A stretch of 64,000 bases of DNA from Aquiluna sp. (GTDB lineage Bacteria; Actinomycetota; Actinomycetes; Actinomycetales; Microbacteriaceae), in NCBI GenBank assembly GCA_040402595.1, contig JBBAMI010000001.1, forward strand, positions 109,629 through 173,628. The letters are read 5' to 3'. The translations under genes were made by a program, and so were the position numbers. The notes under the pieces were generated by a model. The model saw nothing but the letters and a program-made list of their open reading frames with translations, was not told where the DNA came from and searched no databases. The first letter of the stretch is position 1, and the number at the start of each line of letters is the position of its first letter. Of the stretch, positions 50,658 through 60,120 are shown one piece after another.

Positions 50658-51570
50658 GATAAAAGGCTCTCTACCTGAAGACTTTGCTGACACGGCAGTC
50701 GTGATTGGAAAGTTCGGATCCATCCACCTCGGTCACCAGCAGCTGATTCACCAGCTGATCGAAGCTTCAGAAGAAGCTGGCTTGAGTGCCCTGGTGCTCA
50801 CCTTTGATCGTCATCCGAACGCTGTTTTGCATCCCGATAGTGTTCCTGCTGCAGTGATTGGTGAAAACCAGAAGAAACGTTTACTGGAAGAGCTAGGCGT
50901 TGATGCTCTTAAAGTGATTGCCTTTGACCAGGAACTTTCGTCACTAACGCCAGAGCAGTTCGTTGAGCGGCACCTGTTGCCGCTTCGGGCAAGAATCGTT
51001 CTGGTTGGTAAGGGCTTCAAGTTCGGGGCCGGGGGAGCGGGCAGCGTTGATTCACTGCGTGAGCTTGGCCTGAGGTTCGGTTTTCAAACCCGCGAGGTTG
51101 AAAACGTTGAGGCGAACGGCCTAAAGATTTCCACAACTGCAATTAGAAAACTTCTCAATGAGGGCAAGGTGGAGGTAGCCAACCTGCTGCTTGGTAGAAA
51201 CCACACAACTGAGGGCGTTGTTGAACACGGTAGAAAGCTGGGCAGAAAGCTTGGCTATCCAACGGCAAACATCTCTCGTGATGCCGAAGGTTATTTACCA
51301 GCTGATGGTGTCTACGCCGGTTACCTAATTGCCGAAGGTGTTCGCTACCCGGCCGCTCACTCAGTGGGAACAAACGATTCGATTGAAGCGGTTCCCAGGC
51401 TCCTAGAGTCCCATGTCATTGGCAGAGATGACCTTGATCTCTACGACAAGAGTGTGATCTGTGAATACGTGGCACAGGTCAGGGGCTGGGCAAAGTTTGA
51501 ATCATTGGATTTGCTTAAGGAGCAGATTGCCAATGACGTTGCCAAAGCGAAGAAGCTTTTAGAAGAGTAG
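50650..51570 (+). CDS. ribF: Bifunctional riboflavin kinase / FMN adenylyltransferase
   Basis: 306 aa. N-terminal nucleotidyltransferase (VVIGKFGSIHLGHQQL) and C-terminal kinase (GRKLGYPTANI, LESHV). Confidence 0.9.
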   Translation: MLEIKGSLPEDFADTAVVIGKFGSIHLGHQQLIHQLIEASEEAGLSALVLTFDRHPNAVLHPDSVPAAVIGENQKKRLLEELGVDALKVIAFDQELSSLTPEQFVERHLLPLRARIVLVGKGFKFGAGGAGSVDSLRELGLRFGFQTREVENVEANGLKISTTAIRKLLNEGKVEVANLLLGRNHTTEGVVEHGRKLGRKLGYPTANISRDAEGYLPADGVYAGYLIAEGVRYPAAHSVGTNDSIEAVPRLLESHVIGRDDLDLYDKSVICEYVAQVRGWAKFESLDLLKEQIANDVAKAKKLLEE

Positions 51571-51579
51571 GTTAGAGGT

Positions 51580-52152
51580 ATGAATTTTATTGATGCAATC
51601 AAGAGCGGTTTCCAGAACTACTTCAACTTCAAAGGCAGAGCTTCTCGATCTGAGTTTTGGTACTGGGTGCTATTCACAGTTCTAATCGGCCTGGTGGCTT
51701 CGACCTTGGAGTCCGCAATCTGGCCAACTCCAGCTTTTGAGGGTGATTGGATGCAGGACCTTGAATCAGTTGCTGCTCAGCAGACCCCGCTTTCCAACAT
51801 AATTGCGCTAGTTCTATTCATACCGAACTTATCGATGCTTGCTCGTAGATTCCATGACGCTGGTTTTTCTGCCAAGTGGTTGTTTTTGCAGCTCGTGCCA
51901 ATCGCCTATGGAATTTTTGCTGCAATAGGCGTGGTATCAATTTTGATCAATTCTGATTTTGAGAACTTTGACCTTTCGGTCGAGGAACTAATGTCCTTGA
52001 TCTTCTTGGTCTTGCCAATTTTTGGGCTTTTCCTAGCGGTTATGGTCGTCTACCTGGTATTTGCCCTTCGGCCCTCAAAGAGCTTCTATGACGGCAACAA
52101 GTACGTTGAGCCGGAGAGCCCCTCTTCCTTGCAGGAGGGCACCACCGCCTAG
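51580..52152 (+). CDS. DUF805 family inner-membrane protein
   Basis: 190 aa. Motifs [11 protein letters not shown] and ARRFHDAG. Confidence 0.75.
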   Translation: MNFIDAIKSGFQNYFNFKGRASRSEFWYWVLFTVLIGLVASTLESAIWPTPAFEGDWMQDLESVAAQQTPLSNIIALVLFIPNLSMLARRFHDAGFSAKWLFLQLVPIAYGIFAAIGVVSILINSDFENFDLSVEELMSLIFLVLPIFGLFLAVMVVYLVFALRPSKSFYDGNKYVEPESPSSLQEGTTA

Positions 52153-52265
52153 CGTTTTCTAAGTTTTTTCTCTATGCTTTCGTAAGCCGTGTAACGGCCG
52201 CGGATAAAGAGAGCTTTGGGCAAAATGCCCACGGCGCCGCGCAGCGGATAGGAAAGGACCAAACC

Positions 52266-52535
52266 GTGGCACTAGATGCAAAAATTAAGCAGCAAATCAT
52301 TGCAGAGTATGCAACAGGCCCAGGAGACACTGGCAGCCCAGAAGTTCAGATCGCGGTTCTTTCTCGCCGCATTTCAGATTTGACCGAACACCTGAAGGAC
52401 CACCAGCACGATCACCACTCTCGCAGAGGCCTGCTTCTGCTAGTTGGTCAGCGCCGCAGACTGCTCGGATACCTGCAGAACATCGACATCGACCGCTACC
52501 GTAAGCTCGTCGAGCGACTCGGTCTACGCCGATAA
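52266..52535 (+). CDS. rpsO: 30S ribosomal protein S15
   Basis: 89 aa with a GTG start. Motif [35 protein letters not shown]. Confidence 0.95.
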   Translation: MALDAKIKQQIIAEYATGPGDTGSPEVQIAVLSRRISDLTEHLKDHQHDHHSRRGLLLLVGQRRRLLGYLQNIDIDRYRKLVERLGLRR

Positions 52536-52550
52536 ATAGCTGTGAATAAA

Positions 52551-52577
52551 GGCCCTGGGCGAACCCCAGGGCCTTTT
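52551..52577 (+). terminator. Intrinsic terminator after rpsO
   Basis: GGCCCTGGG-CGAAC-CCCAGGGCC followed by TTTT, 15 nt after the rpsO stop. Confidence 0.75.
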
Positions 52578-52706
52578 GCTATCTAATTTGTAATCATTTC
52601 GTTAGGCTTATCTCAAGAGGAAACGAAGGCGGGTCCTCGGTGGAAGGTTTTGGGTCACTGCCCCAGAGCTTTTGACTGACGACCAGCGCTTCTCCTCCAG
52701 CACGAA

Positions 52707-52727
52707 AAGGCCCCAAAAAGGGGCCTT
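52707..52727 (+). promoter_or_regulatory. Second hairpin in the pnp leader
   Basis: AAGGCCCC-AAAAA-GGGGCCTT, 33 nt upstream of the pnp ATG. Confidence 0.45.
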
Positions 52728-52759
52728 GTTGTCGTGCGCAATGAGGAAAAGGAGGGGCC

Positions 52760-54970
52760 ATGGAAGGCCCAGAGATTAAATATGCAGAGGCCGTTATTGA
52801 TAACGGTAAATTCGGCAAGCGCACCCTTCGATTTGAAGCCGGTCGTCTTGCCCAGCAGGCAGCCGGCAGTGCGGCTGTCTATCTAGACGAAGAGACAATG
52901 CTCTTTTCGGCAACCACAGTCTCCAAGCAGCCGAAGGATCAGTTTGACTTCTTCCCGCTGACGATTGACGTTGAGGAAAGAATGTATGCCGCGGGCAAAA
53001 TCCCGGGCAGCTTCTTTAGACGCGAGGGAAGACCTTCGACAGAAGCGATTCTGGCAGCTCGTCTTATTGACAGACCACTTCGTCCATCGTTTGTCGATGG
53101 ACTAAGAAATGAAATTCAGGTCGTTGCAACGGTTATGTCTATCCATCCGGATGAGATGTATGACGTTGTTGCAATCAACGCAGCTTCTATGTCCACTCAG
53201 CTAGCAGGACTTCCGTTCTCTGGTCCAGTGGCCGGTGTTCGCGTTGCTCTGATTGATGGACAGTGGGTAGCATTCCCTCGCCACTCGGAGCTAGAAAAAG
53301 CTGTCTTTGACATGGTGGTTGCCGGTCGCGTCGTTCACGATGACGGTCACGAAGATGTAGCAATCATGATGGTCGAGGCAGAAGCAACCGAGACTTCTTG
53401 GGATCTGATTCAGGGCGGTGCAACTGCCCCAACTGAAGAAGTTGTGGCTCAAGGCCTGGAGGCTGCCAAGCCTTTCATCAAAGTATTGGTTGAAGCACAG
53501 AGCAAGTTGGCAAAAGAACTTGCTAAGCAAGTTGCTGAGTATCCGCTGTTTCTTCCCTACACCGATGAGGTTTACGAAGTTGTTTATTCAGCTGCTGCAG
53601 CTGAGCTTTCTAAGGTCTATCAGATTGCTGATAAGCAGGCCAGACAGGAAGCCGATGATGCTCTCAAGGCAAAGGTCAAGGAAGAACTGGCAAGTAAGTT
53701 GGATGAAGAGCAGATGCTCCAGTTCTCAGCTGCCTACAAGTCAGTTACCAAGAAGGTAATGCGCACCAGAGTGCTCAAAGAGGGTATTCGTATTGATGGG
53801 CGAGGACTAAAAGACATCCGTGTTATCGATGCCGAGGTTGCGGTTATTCCAAGGACTCACGGCTCTGCCATCTTCCAAAGAGGAGAGACTCAGATTCTTG
53901 GCGTGACAACGCTCAACATGCTGAAGATGGAGCAGCAGATTGATGCTCTTACGCCAGTAACCACCAAGCGCTACATGCACCACTACAACTTCCCCCCTTA
54001 CTCAACCGGAGAGACTGGCCGCGTTGGATCACCTAAGAGACGTGAAATTGGTCACGGTGCACTGGCAGAAAGAGCACTGGTTCCAGTTCTACCAACTCGT
54101 AACGAGTTCCCATATGCCATTAGACAGGTCAGCGAAGCACTTGGTTCAAATGGTTCGACTTCAATGGGTTCGGTTTGCGCGAGCACGCTCAGTCTTTTGA
54201 ACGCGGGTGTTCCACTTCGGGCACCGGTTGCAGGTATTGCAATGGGACTGATCTCGGATGTAGTCGATGGTAAGACTCAGTATGCGGCGTTGACGGACAT
54301 CCTTGGTGCAGAAGATGCACTGGGGGACATGGACTTCAAGGTTGCGGGAACAAAGGACTTTGTGACCGCGATTCAGCTAGACACCAAGCTGGATGGAATT
54401 CCTTCGAGTGAGCTTGCTAAGGCACTTTCACAGGCTAAGGAAGCCAGGCTTTCAATCCTCGGTGTTATGACCGAGGCAATCGACACACCAGATGAGCTTT
54501 CTCCATTTGCTCCGCGAATCATCAGCGTCAAGATTCCTGTCGACAAGATCGGTGAGGTCATTGGTCCGAAGGGCAAGATGATCAACCAGATTCAGGAAGA
54601 CACCGGAGCCGAAATCAGTATTGAAGATGACGGCACAGTATTTATTGGTGCAACCAATGGACCTGCGGCTGAGGCTGCGAAGGCAGCTATCAATGCCATC
54701 GCCAACCCGCACGTTCCTGAGGTTGGCGAAAGATTCCTGGGAACAGTAGTGAAGCTAGCAACATTCGGTGCCTTTGTTTCACTGCTACCTGGCAAGGATG
54801 GACTGCTACACGTTTCCGAGCTGAAGAAGATTTCAGGCGGTAAGCGTGTGGAGAATGTCGAAGATGTTCTCGAGGTCGGTCAAAAGCTTCTGGTGGAGAT
54901 CGCCAAGATTGATGACCGAGGCAAGCTTTCGCTGGTCCCAGTTGTTGAGGACGAGGCTAAGTCGGAGTAG
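52760..54970 (+). CDS. pnp: Polyribonucleotide nucleotidyltransferase (PNPase)
   Basis: 736 aa. Two RNase PH-like domains ([22 protein letters not shown]) followed by KH and S1 domains. Confidence 0.97.
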   Translation: MEGPEIKYAEAVIDNGKFGKRTLRFEAGRLAQQAAGSAAVYLDEETMLFSATTVSKQPKDQFDFFPLTIDVEERMYAAGKIPGSFFRREGRPSTEAILAARLIDRPLRPSFVDGLRNEIQVVATVMSIHPDEMYDVVAINAASMSTQLAGLPFSGPVAGVRVALIDGQWVAFPRHSELEKAVFDMVVAGRVVHDDGHEDVAIMMVEAEATETSWDLIQGGATAPTEEVVAQGLEAAKPFIKVLVEAQSKLAKELAKQVAEYPLFLPYTDEVYEVVYSAAAAELSKVYQIADKQARQEADDALKAKVKEELASKLDEEQMLQFSAAYKSVTKKVMRTRVLKEGIRIDGRGLKDIRVIDAEVAVIPRTHGSAIFQRGETQILGVTTLNMLKMEQQIDALTPVTTKRYMHHYNFPPYSTGETGRVGSPKRREIGHGALAERALVPVLPTRNEFPYAIRQVSEALGSNGSTSMGSVCASTLSLLNAGVPLRAPVAGIAMGLISDVVDGKTQYAALTDILGAEDALGDMDFKVAGTKDFVTAIQLDTKLDGIPSSELAKALSQAKEARLSILGVMTEAIDTPDELSPFAPRIISVKIPVDKIGEVIGPKGKMINQIQEDTGAEISIEDDGTVFIGATNGPAAEAAKAAINAIANPHVPEVGERFLGTVVKLATFGAFVSLLPGKDGLLHVSELKKISGGKRVENVEDVLEVGQKLLVEIAKIDDRGKLSLVPVVEDEAKSE

Positions 54971-54974
54971 TGAT

Positions 54975-56285
54975 TTGCTCCTCCCACTAAAAGCATCGGT
55001 TGAGTTCACCGCTGACGAGGCAACTGTTTCAAAGACAGTCCTCGACAGCGGTGTTCGCATTCTCACGGAAACCGTGCACGGAGCGCCGTCTGTTTCCGTT
55101 TCTGTTTCGGTGGGCGTAGGTTCACGAGATGAGAGCGACAGCCACCTGGGTTCCACCCACTTCCTAGAGCACTTACTTTTCAAGGGAACTGCAAAACGCT
55201 CGGCCAGAGACATTTCAGTCGCCTTCGATTCGGTCGGCGGGTCGTCAAATGCAGCAACCGCTAAGGAATACACCTCTTATTACGCTCGCGTGCAGAACGC
55301 GGCCTTGGGTTTAGCAACTGATGTTCTAGTTGACATGTTCTGCTCAGCCAAGATTGCCGAGGATGACTTTGAAACAGAGAAGACAGTAATTCTGGAAGAG
55401 CTTGCAATGAATGAGGATGATCCAGAAGATGTTGCCCACGAGGCTTTTTCTGATGCACTAATGCCTGGCACAGACCTGGGCAGACCAATCGGCGGTTCCA
55501 AGGAAAGCATTCTTTCAGTTTCCAGGCAGCAGGTGATTGATCATTACCGAGAAAACTATTCGACCAGCAGCATGGTCGTTACGGCAGCAGGGGGAGTCAA
55601 TCACGCGGAATTTGTTGAGCTCGTCGAAAAGCAGCTAACAGAAATTGGCTGGAGTAAGCACGCAGAACCTGCTGCTCGAAGAGAGCAGAGTTATCGCAAG
55701 CCTCCTGCCCCCGAGGGGTTTCGTGTCATCGACAAGGACACCCAGCAGGCCCACATCATTCTTGGATTTCAAAGCCCGCACTCAATGGACGAAGATCGCT
55801 ACGCCTTGGCAATTTTCAATACCGTTCTCGGGGGCGGAATGTCTTCCAGGCTGTATCAAGAAATACGTGAGGTCAGGGGACTGGCCTATTCGACCTATTC
55901 CTATCAGCACGGTTATTCAGACAGCGGCTTCTTCGGACTATATGCCGGTTGCTCGCCTGAGAATGCCGAAGAGGTTGTCAGGCTTATGCGAGGCGAGATC
56001 GAAGCTATTGCCGAAGATGGTGTGAGCCAGGAGGAGTTTGATCTTGCCCTAGGTAACATCACGGGCTCGCTGGCGCTGCGATTTGAAGCATCTTTGGCCC
56101 GCATGAATCGACTGGTCGGCGTTGAACTAGGTTCTGGTGAATACCTCAGCGTCAGCGAGGTGATTGCCAGATTCCAGTCGCACAACCTAGAGGACATCCG
56201 CAAGGTTGCGCGAAGGATTGTTCAGGCACCGAGCACGCTGGTGGCCGTTGGGAAATCCCTAGGCTCACTAGAGAAGCTGGCTTGA
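54975..56285 (+). CDS. M16-family zinc peptidase (PepR-like)
   Basis: Inverted zinc motif HFLEHLLFKG. I prefer the TTG start at 54975 (GGAG 7 nt upstream) because the ORF-track start at 54846 lies inside pnp. Confidence 0.85.
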   Translation: MLLPLKASVEFTADEATVSKTVLDSGVRILTETVHGAPSVSVSVSVGVGSRDESDSHLGSTHFLEHLLFKGTAKRSARDISVAFDSVGGSSNAATAKEYTSYYARVQNAALGLATDVLVDMFCSAKIAEDDFETEKTVILEELAMNEDDPEDVAHEAFSDALMPGTDLGRPIGGSKESILSVSRQQVIDHYRENYSTSSMVVTAAGGVNHAEFVELVEKQLTEIGWSKHAEPAARREQSYRKPPAPEGFRVIDKDTQQAHIILGFQSPHSMDEDRYALAIFNTVLGGGMSSRLYQEIREVRGLAYSTYSYQHGYSDSGFFGLYAGCSPENAEEVVRLMRGEIEAIAEDGVSQEEFDLALGNITGSLALRFEASLARMNRLVGVELGSGEYLSVSEVIARFQSHNLEDIRKVARRIVQAPSTLVAVGKSLGSLEKLA

Positions 56286-56297
56286 TAGGTTTACTCC

Positions 56298-57014
56298 ATG
56301 ATTTCTGTTGCAATTGTTGGCGCGAGTGGTCGCATGGGTCGACTGACTAAAGAGCTGGTTGACCAGGACTCCTCGCTAAAACTTCATGCTGCACTTGATT
56401 CAAGTTCAGACATCAGCATGCTGGAAGGCGCTGATGTTGTCATTGAATTCACAAATCCAAGTGTCAGCGAGACAATTGCCGACTACGCGATCAAGAACTC
56501 CATGAAACTGGTCATTGGTTCCTCTGGCTGGTCTGAGGTAAAGCTGGATGGACTTAGAAAAAAACTTGAACAATCACCAGCTGCCGGCGTTGTCGTCATA
56601 CCTAACTTTTCGATTGGTTCGATGCTCGCGCTTCGCTTTGCGCAAGAGGCGGCGAAACACTTTCTGCAAGCCGAAATAGTTGAAAGCCACCATGCTGGAA
56701 AGCTCGATGCTCCTTCAGGAACAGCCATTCGAACCGCGGAGCAGATTGCTAAGGCTCGAGCCCAATCCCATTTAGTCCCTGGAAGTGATTCGAGTGCCAG
56801 GGGTCAAATCGTTGAGGGTGTTCCGATTCATTCAATTCGCCTTAGTGGCGTGTCCGCTAAGCAGGAAACAATCTTTGCAGCAGACAGCGAGCAGCTGACG
56901 ATAAGTCACGATGTCAGTTCACATCGCGCCTACTCGCTGGGAATCCTAAGAACCATAGAGTTTGCCAAAAGCGCCAATGGTCTGATTGTTGGTTTAGACA
57001 AGGTGATTGGCTAG
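56298..57014 (+). CDS. dapB: 4-hydroxy-tetrahydrodipicolinate reductase
   Basis: 238 aa. Motifs VAIVGASGRMGR and ESHHAGKLDAPSGTA. Confidence 0.9.
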   Translation: MISVAIVGASGRMGRLTKELVDQDSSLKLHAALDSSSDISMLEGADVVIEFTNPSVSETIADYAIKNSMKLVIGSSGWSEVKLDGLRKKLEQSPAAGVVVIPNFSIGSMLALRFAQEAAKHFLQAEIVESHHAGKLDAPSGTAIRTAEQIAKARAQSHLVPGSDSSARGQIVEGVPIHSIRLSGVSAKQETIFAADSEQLTISHDVSSHRAYSLGILRTIEFAKSANGLIVGLDKVIG

Positions 57015-57462
57015 CGTGCTGACCAAAGTCTGGTTAGCAGTAATGGTCGCAATTACCCTTCTCTATGCTTTCCTGCTTTTTGAACGTGGACTTGTGCTCC
57101 TTCAAGACGGCCAGCCAGTTGCCTTCCTCATGGGTTTGGCGATCTTGGTTTTTCCTCTTTTAGCAATCGGAACAATTTTTTATGAAATTCGCTTTGGCTT
57201 GCATCTTGCAAAACTTCAGAAGCTCTTCTTGGAAAGCGGAATGCCAGCACCCGAATACAATCTCAAGCCCAGTGGTAGGGCAGAGGCCGAAAGTGGAAAG
57301 CAAGTTTTTGAACAGATTAGTTCTGATCTTCAAAGCGACGAGCAAAACTTTTTGCTTTGGTATCTTCTAGCCGATTCCTATGACAAGCTCGGCGATCGAA
57401 AACGAGCTCGTCAAGCTGCGCGGCAGGCTATTTCAAGAGCGAAACAAGCCGGCGCGCTTTAG
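57007..57462 (+). CDS. Two-TM membrane protein with a helical (TPR-like) C-terminal tail, function unknown
   Basis: 151 aa. The start is ambiguous (TTG 57007 or GTG 57016). The 3' end overlaps the convergent DUF4395 gene by 30 nt. Confidence 0.5.
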   Translation: MASVLTKVWLAVMVAITLLYAFLLFERGLVLLQDGQPVAFLMGLAILVFPLLAIGTIFYEIRFGLHLAKLQKLFLESGMPAPEYNLKPSGRAEAESGKQVFEQISSDLQSDEQNFLLWYLLADSYDKLGDRKRARQAARQAISRAKQAGAL

Positions 57463-57870
57463 CAGAAGATACATCTGGCAGCCAAGGCAGAAGTTAAAGA
57501 AGGCATTTAGAAATGCTGCAATAAATATGAATGCGAAGGCAATTGTTACAACTAGTTGGGAGCTGGCAATCAATCCAATTAGCCCAAGGGTCGCAAAAAC
57601 AAGTCCTACCTGCTGAGCAAATCTTGGCGGCCTAGCATCCTCCAGTTCCTTGGGTTCGCCCAGGCGAGGTCTGATGGCTTCGAAAAGTTTCTTATAAGGA
57701 TGAGTGCTTGGGAAAAACACGCTCCAACCAAAAAGTGCGAATAGCAAAAGTGCTAGAAACTGCGAAGTGATTCCAAAAGACGTAATCGCATCGGCGAATC
57801 CCAGGATGGCAAGGGCAGAAGTTATTGCGGCACCTACTCGCGGTGCTCTTGGATCAATCAGCTGGCTCAT
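57433..57870 (-). CDS. DUF4395 family membrane protein
   Basis: 145 aa with 4 TM helices. C-terminal motif FLNAFFNFCLGCQMYLL. ATGA overlap with the upstream thioredoxin-like gene. Confidence 0.7.
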   Translation of the reverse strand: MSQLIDPRAPRVGAAITSALAILGFADAITSFGITSQFLALLLFALFGWSVFFPSTHPYKKLFEAIRPRLGEPKELEDARPPRFAQQVGLVFATLGLIGLIASSQLVVTIAFAFIFIAAFLNAFFNFCLGCQMYLLLKRAGLFRS

Positions 57871-58304
57871 TTCACTCCTAATTTCTCTAATTCAACTTTG
57901 AGTTTTGTGACATTGGGTATGCCACCAACCCGATAGACGAGCTCTCCCTTGTCATTGAGTAGAAACACTGTCGGTGTTTGGTTTATGCCGAAGTGAGCTG
58001 CAACATCTAAGCGATCGGTTATGTCTACCTCCAGGTGATGCACGCCCTGAAGGCTCTCATCCAGAGCTACCAATTGGCGCCGCACCCCAGGGCACTGCCC
58101 GCAGTAGCTGGTGGAAAATTGCAGAAGGGTCGCCTTTGCACCTAGCGCTGTTGTCACCTGGTTGTTTCTTTTTGGCCCAAGTCGCTGAAGGTCTATCTTC
58201 TTTTTGCTCTTGACCCGGTGACCTCTGCCATGAAGAAACCGGTAGGCCAGTCCCACGAGCGTGGCAGCGCCAACTAGGGCAAGAACAGCAAGCAGATTAT
58301 CCAC
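57867..58304 (-). CDS. Membrane-anchored thioredoxin-fold protein (TlpA/thioredoxin-like)
   Basis: 145 aa. N-terminal TM helix, active-site-like YCGQCP, and the cis-Pro region QTPTVFL. Confidence 0.75.
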   Translation of the reverse strand: MDNLLAVLALVGAATLVGLAYRFLHGRGHRVKSKKKIDLQRLGPKRNNQVTTALGAKATLLQFSTSYCGQCPGVRRQLVALDESLQGVHHLEVDITDRLDVAAHFGINQTPTVFLLNDKGELVYRVGGIPNVTKLKVELEKLGVK

Positions 58305-58386
58305 CGCCCTAGGTTAGGTCATGCGGGGCGGGCTTTTGGGAGTGTTACACCTTTTTACTTCCCCGAAACCCCCTAGGCTTTTCGCG

Positions 58387-59115
58387 ATGAGCGAGATTGA
58401 ATTCCGAAGTGATATGACCGTAGAGCTGGTGCGACACAGCGCCAGAGATTCAGATGTGCTATTTGCTGCCCGTGTTTCTACCCAGGGGGAGCAGACCCTG
58501 GATTCCGCTAAGCAAATTGATGCTCAGGCACAGCAGAAGGACAAGGGTCTGATCAACTATCTAATGCGTGATCGCCATGGATCACCCTTTGAGCACAACT
58601 CCATGACCTTCTATGTTCAGGCTCCAATTTTTGTCTTCCGCGAATTCATGCGTCACCGGATTGCCAGCTATAACGAAGAGTCAGGCCGCTATCGCGAACT
58701 AAGACCAGTTTTCTATGTTCCGGGCGAGGATCGAAAACTGATTCAAGTTGGAAAGCCTGGCCACTATGAGTTCGAAGATGGCTCAGCCGAGCAGTTCGCT
58801 CTGGTCCAGCAGGAGACCATGACTGTCACTCGCTCGGCATACGAGGCATATAAGAGAATGCTTGAAGCTGGCGTTGCCAGAGAGGTGGCAAGAATTGTGC
58901 TGCCACTAAACATTTACTCGAGCATGTATGTCACGATGAACGCCCGCTCGCTGATGAATTTTCTCTCCCTGCGGACCAAGCGCGAGGGCACTCACTTCCC
59001 CTCCTTCCCGCAGCGGGAAATCGAGATGGTTGCCGAGCAGATGGAGAACTACTGGGCAGAGTTGATGCCCCTGAGCTACGAGGCCTTCAACGAAAACGGA
59101 CGGGTAGCTCCCTAG
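58387..59115 (+). CDS. thyX: FAD-dependent thymidylate synthase
   Basis: ThyX signature RHRIASYNEESGRY. I prefer ATG 58387 (MSEIEFRSD...) over the ORF-track start at 58321. Confidence 0.9.
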   Translation: MSEIEFRSDMTVELVRHSARDSDVLFAARVSTQGEQTLDSAKQIDAQAQQKDKGLINYLMRDRHGSPFEHNSMTFYVQAPIFVFREFMRHRIASYNEESGRYRELRPVFYVPGEDRKLIQVGKPGHYEFEDGSAEQFALVQQETMTVTRSAYEAYKRMLEAGVAREVARIVLPLNIYSSMYVTMNARSLMNFLSLRTKREGTHFPSFPQREIEMVAEQMENYWAELMPLSYEAFNENGRVAP

Positions 59116-59139
59116 TTTTCATATCGCTAGGCTAAGCGG

Positions 59140-60120
59140 ATGGTTTCTCAGCAAAAAGACATTTTTGGCCAGGTACTGGTTGCCCTCGTCACCCCCATGA
59201 CGGCCGAGGGCGAGGTCGACTGGCCCGCTGTTGAAAGACACGTTGACTACGTAATCTCAAATGGTGCTGACGGTGTCGTGGTGACCGGCACAACCGGAGA
59301 AACCTCAACACTCACTGACGCCGAGAAAATCAAGCTGGTTGAGGTTGGCAAGAGTGTCTCTTCTGGCCGAGCAAAAATTATTACCGGTGGTGGTTCAAAT
59401 GAAACTGCCCACGCCATCCAGCTTTACAAGGCAAGTGAAAAAGCAGGAGCTGACGGCATCATGGTTGTCACTCCTTATTACAACAAGCCAACTCAAGCTG
59501 GCATTCTGACTCATTTCCGCTTAATTGCCGACGCTACCGACTTGCCAAATATTCTTTATGACATTCCAGGTAGAACCGGTGTCGCAATTTCCTATGAGAC
59601 TTTCCATCGTGCAGCCAAGCACCCAAACATTGTTGCCATCAAAGATGCCAAAGGTGATTTAGCTCAGGCCTCGAGGTTAATGCTGGAAACTGGTTTGATG
59701 TATTTTTCGGGTGATGACTCGAACGTCCTTCCTCACATTTCGATTGGTGCCACCGGCATGATTAGCGTTACTGCCAACATTGCTCCTCACGCATATCGGC
59801 AAATCGTTGACGCCACCAACCGTAATGACTTTCATGCGGCTCTTACTGTCCACAACTCACTTGAACCTCTGCAGCGCGCCATCATGACCCATGTGCCAGG
59901 AACAGTCGCAGCAAAATACGTTCTGCACGGGCTCGGTTTCATCGGATCGCCAAGAGTGAGACTTCCACTGGTTGGACCAGAGGATCATGAAGCGGCCCTA
60001 ATTGAAGGTGGAATTGATCAGGTGGTCAGTGTGCCAGGCGTCAGCTTTGATAACTTCCGTCCAGATAGAAACGCCGCTGCCGGTGGAGCACTGCCCAAGG
60101 TTGCGGGAACTACGAGATAA
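59140..60120 (+). CDS. dapA: 4-hydroxy-tetrahydrodipicolinate synthase
   Basis: 326 aa. Motifs VVTGTTGETSTL, YYNKP and AIKDAKG (Schiff-base lysine). About 25 aa of C-terminal tail lie beyond the usual fold. Confidence 0.95.
   Translation: MVSQQKDIFGQVLVALVTPMTAEGEVDWPAVERHVDYVISNGADGVVVTGTTGETSTLTDAEKIKLVEVGKSVSSGRAKIITGGGSNETAHAIQLYKASEKAGADGIMVVTPYYNKPTQAGILTHFRLIADATDLPNILYDIPGRTGVAISYETFHRAAKHPNIVAIKDAKGDLAQASRLMLETGLMYFSGDDSNVLPHISIGATGMISVTANIAPHAYRQIVDATNRNDFHAALTVHNSLEPLQRAIMTHVPGTVAAKYVLHGLGFIGSPRVRLPLVGPEDHEAALIEGGIDQVVSVPGVSFDNFRPDRNAAAGGALPKVAGTTR

Noticed and set aside
52594-52824. 76-aa minus-strand ORF spanning the pnp leader and start codon
   Set aside because: It overlaps the pnp start and the leader hairpins, and the peptide is Pro/Ser/Gly-rich without features. 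The region is better explained as structured 5' UTR.
55088-55125. Short GTTTC(N) periodic stretch (TCTGTTTCCGTTTCTGTTTCGGTGGGCGTAGGT) that looked like a microsatellite or mini-array
   Set aside because: It simply encodes the SVSVSVSVGVGSRDE strand that precedes the HxxEH zinc motif of M16 peptidases. It has no spacers or repeat architecture typical of CRISPR.
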